A stretch of 64,000 nt of DNA from Tubulanus polymorphus (lineage: Eukaryota; Animalia; Nemertea): NCBI RefSeq assembly GCF_964204645.1, contig NC_134026.1, positions 17,828,150 through 17,892,149 of the forward strand, read 5' to 3'. How positions within the stretch are numbered: position 1 is the stretch's first letter; the number at the start of each line of letters is the position of its first letter. The notes below the pieces were generated by a model. The model saw only the letters and a list, made by a program, of their open reading frames with translations, made no database searches and was not told where the DNA came from. Both the position numbers and the translations under genes were made by a program. Shown here in pieces: positions 29,005-39,615 of this stretch.

Positions 29005-32000
29005 AAAATCTACAATATCGCGAGCAAATTGGCGCAGGAAATTTCGGAGGTCGTCAGGGCTTATTAATGTTATTGGCGGGGTTGTGTCGATCCGTTCCAT
29101 CTTAAGTAAGTGTAAGGCCAATAGTACGGCAAAAGAATGCGCCGTGAGCAGAAATTCCGACGTGTGGTTGAAGGTTTCTCCAACGTCCTTCTTAACATTA
29201 TGATGGCCAAACACGTTTCTAATGTGGGCGAGAGTTCCACGTTCGGCGACACTCGAACCTTTGAAAAATTCATTCATTACATCCTAAATAAGAAATATAA
29301 TTTGAACATGATTAAAATACTTAACATTGGAGTACTATTAATTTTAATAATTATACACACCTGCATCAAGAGCATTCTTTTGTGGAATTCCTGTGGAGCC
29401 GGCTCCAATCCCTCCAAGCGATTCCATTCATCACCCGAATTGAACTGTGCATTTTGAGCGTCGTTATGTCGCTCGCATGATAAACCATCACCCCAACAGA
29501 GAATAGTGGTTGGCGATCTATCCGGCTGTTTCAGTACGTATTGTTGCAGGTTTTCCAAGATTTTTATTACCCCGGCTATTGAAGACGGGTTCTGGAAAAT
29601 GCCGAGATTTGTCTGGAAGCAGAAATTGAAATAAACTTGTATGAAGACTCATAAAATGTGATGCTTGAAAATTTTGAAAATCAAAACTGACCACATTTGA
29701 TTTCAAGGAAGACTCGTAGAATCGATCATGCGTTATGTGGTTATAAACGAAATCGCCGAAGTTGTTTTTAAAGAACCGGACGTATTGGCATAAAATTTGT
29801 TGTACAATAACACCCATACAGCACTTTCGGTTTCCATTTCGGCAGCATTCTTGTTCGGTAGTTCATGGATATTTTGTTCATTCATAGTATTCATTCGATT
29901 CCTGCATAGGTATAACAGGGCCAACAATTTTAGTGTATTGCCTTTTTCTGAATTGTTGTGGCGTGTTATTTGTCGCAAGCCGACGTTATCCCAACACATT
30001 GTTATGCCTTTAGCTAAAAGAATGTAAAGATGCAATTATGATTAACAGTTGATATCACTGGTAGATTTTGATAGGACTAACCTTTGCATGTACTGCTTTT
30101 GACATTATTTGACTTACGCGAGTTATCTGTTGGCTCAAACGACGAAGAACTATCAACACTTGCGGTAGCGTCGGTTTCGGATTCTTCTGGACTCGACAAG
30201 CGCGATTCTTCGTCGGAGCTGCGGGAAGACAGTTCCTGGCTTGACTCTGCGTCCGAAGTGACCGGTCCGATTATGTCAACTATAAATAAAAATATTAAAT
30301 TGATTTTGTACAATATCGAAAATAGATAAAAAAATTATCAATATTTGATTCGCGTTCTACAGTGTGCACTCACCGTTTGTCGATTCTTGGCTAGGGCCTT
30401 GCGGTTTCGCCAAAAAATCTTTAAGTTCATTTTTTACTGCGGTTGAATCCATGACGTGTGTTTCTTGTAAAACATCGATCATCAATCTAGTCTGTTGGTG
30501 ACCCAAACACAAACCGACGTAGCTGAACATTCTTAAAAAAGCTGCAAAAAGAAATATTGATTAGCAATGTAAAATTGAATACGAAACTAAGTTTGCTATC
30601 AATGTCTAATAACTTTTTGTGAGCAGCCCGCTCTCCACATTTGAGCAGAATTGCACTGCTGAATAAACTTGAAAGCCCTTGGATGTCGCGTATTCAGCAG
30701 TGTCGCCAATGCCATTCCGATCGCTGGGATGACATGCCTTATTTTAAGGCTACAACTAAAATGAAAATCAATATAAATATTAATCTCAAATAAATATTAA
30801 TATCAATCTCAATGCTTATTTTTCTCTGAACACATGTTTATTAATGTTGATAGCTCACCTTAATACGGAATCATTGATAGGTCTCTTTACGGCGACACAT
30901 TTAAGACAGGCGTAAAGTGTTGGCGCTTTGGTCTTAACACATTCTAATGTATCGGTCCATGAAAACGAATTGAGGTCTTCAATAGTTTTTGGGTTTTTCG
31001 CAAAATGAAAATCTCTTTCTTCTTTGAGACGCCTCACTTCTGCAGATATGTTTTTCATCACAACGTTAATCATTGCTTTTTTCGCCGCGCTACATCTTTT
31101 GAATATGTATCTGAAGCCCAGTCCGTATCGACTAACCGCGATGTATTTCGACGCTTGGTGCGATGCTTTGATTTTTGTAACCTACGTAATATACATTTAA
31201 AAGATTATACATTACAGACCAATGTATTGGACGAATTGGTTCAATGTGCAATTCATTGTAATAATTTGTTATTTATCATTTTTTGACAATGATTACTAAT
31301 AATTTCATAATGTATATATAAATGATGAAACAGCAACTATTACAGTAGGATCTGCTCAAGTCGTATCTTTTGGAGCGGTAACAATGTCTCCAACTTTGCT
31401 GTCAGAGCTGGGTGTTATGTATTTCTTAAATAGTGTCACAAAAAATATTTCAACAAACATCCAAGTTGAACAGATCTGACTCGGGCGGAGTATTTAGTTA
31501 TCGCATGATTTACTCCACATTATCTACGCTAATACAACAAACGAATCATTCAATTGCACACGTTTATTGTTGATATTTTTTAAGTGGACAGTGTTCATTT
31601 CATAATTTCATTCAGAGTGAACATCTCTTAAAGAACAAAATATAATATTCATCTGAGAATATCGGTGAATGATTGGTGAAATTTGCTCATAGTAAATGGA
31701 GCTTACCTTTTTTGCTTTGAATGATGTAGCTGGCCTTCTCGGGCTCTGTCCGACGGTTGCAGATGCTATGTCTCGAGTCACCTTACCCATTCCGACCGGC
31801 GTTCGAAACTTAAGTTTCTCTGCTAAGTTTCAGTTTTTTTGCTAGGTACCCCGAGCTGTGCGTTGACGCAATGAAATTGTTTTTACCAGCAGCCATGGAT
31901 GTTTTCGATTTATAATATGTAGCTAACTTGGTCGTGCATTCATGGCAAAGATGATAACCAACACGTGTCGAATATGGCGTCAATTTCGCAATATCTTTCG

Positions 32001-35000
32001 AACAATTCAGAAAATCCGTTTGAAAAAGGTCCGATATTTTGCAATCCAATTTCGGTAAATTAGAGCTTAATGAATGTCTCTTGAATTTGAGCAGAATTGC
32101 ACTGCTGAATAAACTTAGTCCTTGGATGTCCCGTATTCAGCAGTGTCGCCAATGCCATTCCAATCGCTGGGATGACATGCCTTTTTTTAAGGCTACCACT
32201 AAAATAGAAATCAATATAAATATTTATCAATCTCAATGCTTATTTTTCTCTGAACACGTGTTTATTAATGTTGATAGCTCTCCTTAATATGGAATACTTG
32301 AGAGGTCTCTTTACGGCGACATATTTAAGACAGGTGTAAAGTGTCGGCACTTTGGTCTTAACTCATTCTAATGTATCGGTCCATGAAAACGAATTCAGGT
32401 TTTTCGCCAAATGAAAATCTCTTTCTTCTGTGAGACCCCTCACTTCTGCTGATATGTTTTTCTTCAAAAATCTACAATATCGCGAGCAAATTGGCTCAGG
32501 AACTTTCGGAGGTCGTCGGGGCTAATTAATATTATTGGCAGGGTTGTGTCGATCCGTTCCATCTTAAGTAAGTGTAAGGCCAATAGTATGACAAAAGAAT
32601 GTGTCATGAAACGCGGAAATTCCGACGTGTTGTTGAAGGTTTCTCCAACGTCCTTCTTCACATTATGATGGCCAAACACGTTTCTAATGTGGGCGAGACT
32701 TCTACGTTCGGCGACACTCAAACCTTTGAAAAATTCATTCCTTACATCCTAAAAAAGAAATATAATTTGAACATGAGTAAAATACTTAACATTGGAGTAC
32801 TATTAATTTGAATAATTATGCACACCTGCATCAAGAGCATTCTTTCGTGGAATTCCTGTGGAGCCGGCTCCAATCCCTCCAAGCGATTCCATTCATCACC
32901 CGAATTGAACCCACATTTTGAGCGTCGTTATGTCGCTCGCACGATAAACCATCACCCCAACAGAGAATAGTGGTTGGCGATCCATCCGGCTGTTTCGGTT
33001 CGTATTGTTGCAGGTTTTCCAAGATTTTTATTACCCCGGCTATTGAAGACGGGTTCTCCTGGAAAACGCCGAGATTTGTCTGGAAACAGAAATTGAAATG
33101 TGCTTATATGAAGACTCATAAAATGTGATGCTTGAAAAATTTGAAAATCCAAACTGACCGCATTTGATTTCAAGGAAGACTCGTAAAATCCATCATGCGT
33201 TATGTGGTTAATAACGAAATCGCCGAAGTTGTTTTTAAAGAACGGGACGTATTGGCATAAAATTTGTTGTACAATAACACCCATATGGAATTTTTCGTTA
33301 CGAAAGCACTCTTCTTCTGGCAGGAAAATTTCGGTTTTCATTTCGGCAGCATTCTTGTTGGATAGTTCATGGATATTTCGTTCATTCATAGTATTTATTC
33401 GATTCCTGCTTAGGTATGGCACGGCCCACAAATTTAGTTTATTGCCTTTTTCTGAATTGTTGTGGCGTGTAATTTGTCGCAAGCCGACGTTATCCCAACA
33501 CATTGTTATGCCTTTAGCTAAAAGAATGTAAAGATGCAATTATGATTAACAGTTGATATCACTGGTAGATTTTGATAGGACTAAACGTAGCATGTACTGC
33601 TTTTGACATTATTTGACTTACGCGAGTTATCTGTTGGCTCAAACGACGAAGAACTATCAACACTTGCGGTAGCGTCGGTTTCGGATTCTTCTGGACTCGG
33701 TGAGCGCGATTCTTCGTCGGAGCTGCGGGAAGATGGTTCCTCGCTTGACTCTGTGTCTGAAGTGACCGGTTCGATTATGTCAACTATAAATAAAAATATT
33801 AAATTGATATAGTACAATATCGAAAATAGATGAAAAATTTTCAATATTTGATTCGCGTTCTACAGTGTGCACTCACCGTTTGTCGATTCTTGGCAAGGGC
33901 CTTGCGGTTTCGCCAAAAGATCTTCAAGTTCATATTTTACTGCGGTTGAATCCATGATGTGTGTTTCCTGTAAAACATCGATCATCAATCTAGTCTGTTG
34001 GTGACCCAAACACAAACCGATGTAGCTGAATATTCTAAAGAGCTGCAAAAATAAATATTGATTAGCAATGTAAAATTGAATACGAAACTAAGTTTGCTTT
34101 CAATGTCTAATAACTTTTTGTGAGCAGCCCGCTCTCCACATTTGAACAGAATTGCACTGCTGAATAAACTTGAAAGTCCTTGGATGTCGCATATTCAGCA
34201 GTGTCGCCAATGCCATTCCGATCGCTGGGATGACATGCCTTTTTTTAAGGCTACCACTAAAATAGAAATCAATATAAATATTTATCAATCTCAATGCTTA
34301 TTTTTCTCTGAACACATGTTTATTAATGTTGATAGCTCTCCTTAATACGGAATCATTGAGAGGTCTCTTTACGGCGACATATTTAAGACAGGCGTAAAGT
34401 GTCGGCGCTTTGGTCTTAACACATTCAAATGTATCGGTCCATGAAAAATAATTCAGGTTTTCAATAGTTTTTAGGTTTTCCACCAAATGAAAATCTCTTT
34501 CTTCTTTGAGACGCCTCACTTCTGCAGATATGTTTTTTGTCATAACGTTAATCATTGCTTTTTTCGCCGCGCTAGATTATTATTATTATTCTTTATTCAC
34601 GAATTAAATTACACTAGAAAATTACAACAAGATAATATAATAAAATAATGTAATTCAAGTAGATCTTTTGAATATGTATCTGAAACCCAGTCCGTATCGA
34701 ATAACTGCGATGTATTTCGACGCTCGGTGCGACGCTTTGATTTTTGTAACCTACGTAATATACATTTAAAAGATAAAACATTACAGACCAATGTATTGGA
34801 CAAATTGGTTCAATGTGCAATTCATTGTAATAATTTGTTATTTATCATTTATTGACAATGATTAATAATCATTTCATAATGTATATATAAATGATGAAAC
34901 AGCAACTATTACAGTAGGATCTGTTCGAGTCGGATCTTTTGGAGCCATAACAATGTCTCCAACTATGCTGTCGGAGCTGGGTTTTATGTATTTCTTAAAT

Positions 35001-35643
35001 AGTGTCACAAAAAATATTTCAACAAACATCCAAGATGAACGGATCTGACTCGGGCGGAGTATTTAGTAATCGCATGATTTCGTCCACATATCTACGATAA
35101 TACAAACGAATCATTCAATTGCACCTTTTATTGTTTTTAAGTGGACAGTGTTCATTTCATAATTTCATTCGGAGTGAAAATCTCTTAAAGAACAAAATAT
35201 AATATTCATCTGAGAATATCGGTGAATGATTGGTGAAATTTGCTCATAGTAAATAGAGCTTACCTTTTTTGCGTTGAACAATTCAGCTGGCCTTCTCGGG
35301 CTCTGTCCAACGGTTGCAGATACTACGTCGTGAGTCACTTTACCGATTCCGACCGGCGTTCGAAACTTAAGTTTCTCTGCTAAGTTTTGTTTTTTTCGCT
35401 AGATATCCCACCTGTGCGTTGATGCAATAAAATCGTTTTTACCAGCAGCCATGGATGTTTTCGATTTATAATATGTGGCTAACTTGGTTGTGCATTCATG
35501 GCAAAGATGATAACCAACACATGTCGAATATGGCGTCAAATCCGCAATATCTTTCGTACAATTCAGAAAATCTGATTGAATAAGGTCCGATATCTTGCAA
35601 TCCAATTTCGGTAAATTAGAACTTAATGAATATCTCTTGAATT
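29005..35643. repeat. Internal tandem duplication of the transposase gene: 29005-32086 vs 32466-35643, plus a third partial copy at 32087-32463 (matching 30641-31057)
   Basis: Exons and introns are paired, e.g. ORFs 29733-30035/32952-33539, 30077-30313/33581-33844, 30855-31073/34298-34555 and 31810-32049/35399-35704. Confidence 0.93.
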
Positions 35644-35724
35644 GTCCATTCGGATAACGTTTAAATCGTATTGCACAATTGGCGCATTTGTCTGCGTCAG
35701 TCATCTTTATAAAGTTGATATAAG

Positions 35725-36243
35725 GTTTCCTTTAGCTAATTGTTGATTCGATGACGTTTCGACAGCGTTCTAATAAACATCTACAGGAATACTGAGTTAC
35801 AGCAGAAATTATGAGATATATAGGCCTATACAATACAGGACAAAGATACTAATTCAAGTAATCAGAACTGGTACAAACTAATGGAAAAATTAACATAGAA
35901 ACAGTTACACACTAAAATAGATTAAAGAAGAACAAACTAGGGGGTAATTATATAATACAATAGTGAATAAAAGTTTCATTAAAATTAATTCATAGATGTA
36001 AAGCGACAAACTAGGGGTTACTTAAATCAAACCATAGTGACTACAAGTTGAGAAACTGTAATTGATGAGTGAAATATAACAAAGCAACAGATGATCAAAG
36101 GATATATCACGTGTTGAGCTTAACCGATTTTCAAAAGAATTTGGATATAAGTTTATTGTAGGGAGAATTGTACATAGTAGTTATTTGAATTTTATTAGAA
36201 CGCTGTCGAAGCGTCGTCAAATCAACAACTAGCTAAAGGAAAC
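35725..36243. promoter_or_regulatory. Mirror-image 53-bp module upstream of both the transposase and helicase ATGs (35725-35777 and 36191-36243); candidate bidirectional promoter
   Basis: TTTATTAGAACGCTGTCGAA(A/G)CGTC(A/G)TC(G/A)AATCAACAA(T/C)TAGCTAAAGGAAAC is present on opposite strands, 49/53 identical. The regulatory role is inferred. Confidence 0.55.
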
Positions 36244-36331
36244 ATTTTCGCACTTTATATATATTTTTTCGTTATCATTGTGGGATTCTCTACAGATCAA
36301 ACAACTCATTCGTTAGTGAAGGCTTGTTAAA

Positions 36332-38119
36332 ATGGATGACGGTAAATGTAACGAACTTGGAAAAACAAATTTCGCGAAGAATGTCGAAAATACTATGTCC
36401 AAATTTGGATATAATTTTGCGTTAAGGCCTCAACAAATGAATGCGATAGAACGAATCATAAAATATCGGGGGAATGTACTCGCACTTTTGCCAACTGGTT
36501 ATGGAAAAAGCTCCTGCTACATATTACCGCCTCTAGTTCTTGACCAACAAGTGAGTAATTTATTCGTATTCATAGATATTCTTGCTCAAATTGGTGTAGG
36601 TATTTTGTATTTTCATATATGTATGTATTCGTATTACAGATGAAAAAAGGTTCACATCATATTGCGATCGTAATATCGCCTTTGAAAAGCCTGGTGTATG
36701 ATCAGGTAACAGATTTGAATTCGCGGGGGATTGCCGCAATTGCACTATCCAGCGAAACAACACAATATGAGTTAGAAGCTATGAAATTGAATGGCATGTA
36801 TTAAACGAGCATTTTCCATGATTGTTCGTACACATCTTGTATAAGCTTTTATATTTAGAATTAGCTAGTGGAAAACATTCCATTGTTTTCATGGGTCCCG
36901 AGATGATTCTTAAAAGGAAATGCCTAGATATGCTTCTATCTCCCAACTATCAAAAAGAGGTTTGCCTTGTAGCTATCGACGAAGCTCACTGCATTTCACA
37001 ATGGTAGGTGTTAATCTAAGTGTAGTGAATGATCCTTATATTTCATTCCTTCTATTTCTAATAAAACTCATTTTTTACTAGGGGTGATGACTTCCGAACT
37101 GACTACAGCAAGCTGTCTATTCTACGGTGCTTTTTCAGCAACGAATCGACCTCATTTCTTTTGCTGACACTTGAAGGTGATTGCGAAATCATTGCCGTCG
37201 TTCCAGATAGGTAAAGTTTTGATAACAATACATTTCATTCTAAATTGATGTAAACGTTTAATACTATATTAATGTGCAAATTTGTAGGCCGAATATTTAT
37301 CTCGATATAAAAAAGTATGTAAAGGAAGATTATGAGGAACATCTTCATTGGCTAGCGGAATCGTTGAACCATAGAAATGTTTCTCACCCCAAGGTGATAA
37401 TTTATTGCAAGTAAGCACACTTTCTCACAGAAAGGTCCCACATAAAATATCATATCGTATTCCATGAAATCGATTCACCCCGGCAACCTTATATATCTCT
37501 CTCTCATTTCAGGTCTATAATGGCTGCTCAGAACATATGTATGTGGTTGGGCATTTATCTTAAAGAGAATGCATACAATAATGGACATTTTCGTGTCGAA
37601 TTATTTCACGGACAAACCCACGCGGCAACGCAAAAGCGAATTTTAGATGAATTCAAGAAGACCGACTCTATGATACGATGTATTGTAGCAACAATTGCCT
37701 TCGGAATGGGTTTTCAGATTGATGATGTTCGTCTGATTATACATTGGGGTATTTCGAAAAACATTCTAAGCTACTGGCAAGAGGTTGGTCGCTGTTCTAG
37801 AGATGGACAATTTGGTGCAGCTATATGTTATGCTTATCCGCGCAGTTTGGTTGTTCCTCGGTCAACTACTAAGGATATGAAACATGCCGTCATATCATAT
37901 AACGACGATTCAGCATGTATTCGAAAAATTCTTCTAGAAAGTCTTTCCGTCAGTGAGAGTGAGAATTACGATTGCATAACCGATAAGTGTAAGCTGTGTT
38001 CGTGCTGTGCCAATTGTGCGTCTCATTGTCCATGTAAAGAATGTATCAAAGACATTGAGACTTTATATAATATCGAATCATCAACATCATCATCGAGTTG
38101 TGAAGGATCGAATATTTAA
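36332..38119 (+). CDS. RecQ-like SF2 DNA helicase of the AcademH element (about 6 exons: 36332-36550, 36640-~36780, 36859-37004, 37082-37209, 37289-~37410, 37513-38119); probably damaged
   Basis: Motif I LPTGYGKS, Ia ISPLKSL, II IDEAHCISQWGDDFR with the RecQ aromatic loop, IV IIYC, V ATIAFGMG, VI YWQEVGRCSRDG, and a Cys-rich C-terminus CIR...CSCCANC. No winged-helix or HRDC domain. Motif III (TAT) appears deleted (FLLLT-LEG) and the exon 2 donor is non-canonical. Confidence 0.85.
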
Positions 38120-38802
38120 TTGAAATAATATTCTAATCTTGTTTCCGTAAAATCATATATGCTTGTTTACAAATTATTGTGTATTTGCATATATTTCAAT
38201 CACGCGATACGAAAATATAATTCGCCGTTTCATGCAACTTGAGTTCTCGTTTTATGATAACCCGGCTTTCTCTTTGAACCGTCCACAGCTGATATGTCCA
38301 CACTTGCGTGACGTCACAAAAAAATGGCGGATGCCTTCAATTTTCTGAAATATCAGGAATAAACGACGATTATTATCGATCAATGGTATCAAGGAGCATA
38401 TAAACGACTCATTTTGACAGGGACCTATCCCAGTTTAGCTTTCAAACCCCCACTTACGGACTGAAGTGAATAGAAAGTATATTTTTGAAGTGTTACTTTT
38501 TGGCTCTTGTCATCCCTAACGTTGGTATAAGCCCATCCGATAATAAAAAGCTTACCACCAACAATTAGGTTACTAACTATCGCGACCCCTGACACTTAGT
38601 CGCAGAAGCCACAGTGTATACCGATGATTTTAAATTCTTTTAAGGCAGGTGATATTTTGCCAATGCGGCATTATTCCTGTTAACGCTATTTTGTCAATGG
38701 CGCGTTCTCATTGGCTAACTGACGCCACGCATAGGCACCGAGGTGTGCGACTTAGAAAATTCAAGAAAAGTGTGGACAACTAACAGAGTTAGAGAAAATA
38801 GC

Positions 38803-38872
38803 GGCATAGAGCGGGATTCGAACCCGGACCAGCTGATTGCTAGCCTTATGTCTTTCCACTAGACTACCGGGC
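38803..38872 (-). repeat. tRNA-derived (Ala-AGC-like) SINE head or pseudo-tRNA
   Basis: Minus strand GCCCGGTAGTCTAGTGG...CTAGCAA...GGTTCGAATCCCG has A and B boxes, but the acceptor stem does not pair. Confidence 0.5.
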
Positions 38873-38966
38873 TCACTCAAAAACCACCCGTAAGTTTTCA
38901 CTTCATATAGCCTCACCTTACCCTAACCCTATCCCTAGGGGTAAAAACGGACCCTAAAACTCGCCC

Positions 38967-39615
38967 TAGTCTAGTACATAGCCGTCGTTCCACAAACAAC
39001 CTTTAGGGCAAAGCTCATATAAGGTTAATTTAGACGAGGCTTTGAGTGTCTATTTTACTCCTTAAAACACCGTCAACTTACCTCAAACTGACTTTTCTGT
39101 AATCAGATGGAAGTTTACTATTGTTTTTGCATAAATTTGTGAAGTGAAGCAACATAACAAATATGGCAGCTTTTTGTGTTGCATGGTGGGAGTGTAAATT
39201 ACGGATTCGGACTTAAACTTGGACTGACATTGATGCCAATGCAGATATTATTCTTGTTTCAAATTCTTAAGGTAAAGTTGACAAAAATTTATGCATTCTA
39301 TCAACAAAAAATAACATTTAGAGTAATTTTAGAGAGATGTATTGAATTTTCACATTTTATTAATTTAGTCTGTATTGGAAATCCCGATTGGGGCAATCAA
39401 TTCAAATCAAATAAATAAATTCACCGGTTCGCGATTTAAATCATCAAAAATATTATTATAAAACACGTTTTCTAAGTCAAAAAGGTAACTAATTAAGTAC
39501 AAAGGTTTGATTTGACACTAAAATCAGTTGTTGCATTGCAATTAACAGGAGTTAACCTGATACTTTAGCGTCAGACGTTGTAGGGAACCAGTTACAACAA
39601 CTGGTATTCAGACTA
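38967..39615 (-). mobile_element. Second, uninterrupted copy of the same non-autonomous Academ(H)-type element, inverted
   Basis: Termini TAGTCTAG...TTCAGACTA; 9-bp flanks AACTCGCCC / ACCTCACCC (7/9); reverse complement aligns to 19204-19890, 20870-20898 and 22735-22777. Confidence 0.8.

Larger units (their letters stand above)
26342..35704 (-). pseudogene. Multi-exon Academ-type (DUF6589-like) transposase with N-terminal CxxC...CxxC region and two tandem PHD fingers; frameshifted, internally duplicated and interrupted
   Basis: Motifs in order: MTDADKCANC...LCHEC (35704); WDNVGLRQITRH; ILCWGDGLSCERH...RLEGLEPAPQEFHKRM; GTLAHIRNVFGHHNVKKDV; PHD1 CICNE..VGCANG..FHLVC..WYFSDEC; PHD2 CACKK..IGCDNINCPNGSWFHLSCVG..WYCSAIC; RRDAIRENDG; HSKYA (after a frameshift); WNRTVNYRGGNGQNLEMDLVNEFLNREF; DIRKFV..EDLSRYIPDR. 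Short GT-AG introns lie between these blocks. Confidence 0.85.
25391..38579. mobile_element. Decayed AcademH (AcademHP-like) DNA transposon with PHD-finger transposase and divergent RecQ-like helicase; boundaries tentative
   Basis: Opposite-strand transposase and SF2 RecQ helicase genes match the published AcademH architecture. Candidate imperfect TIRs: TAGTCAGTGACCTGACTGTGGTT at 25391 vs reverse complement TAGTTAGTAACCTAATTGTTGGT ending 38579 (17/23). Possible degenerate 9-bp TSD TTGCGACCC / TCGCGACCC, with the left copy offset by 5 nt. Confidence 0.8.

Noticed and set aside
36332-38119. Host RECQL/BLM/WRN gene
   Set aside because: It is compact with tiny introns, lacks winged-helix and HRDC domains, and is paired head-to-head with an Academ-type transposase.
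38803-38872. Functional tRNA-Ala gene
   Set aside because: The acceptor and anticodon stems pair poorly and it lies within a repeat.
19204-39615. A single 20.4-kb transposon with ~600-bp TIRs
   Set aside because: The outer flanks (GGGATAGAA vs ACCTCACCC) do not match, whereas each repeat copy has its own second terminus and its own 9-bp flanking duplication.
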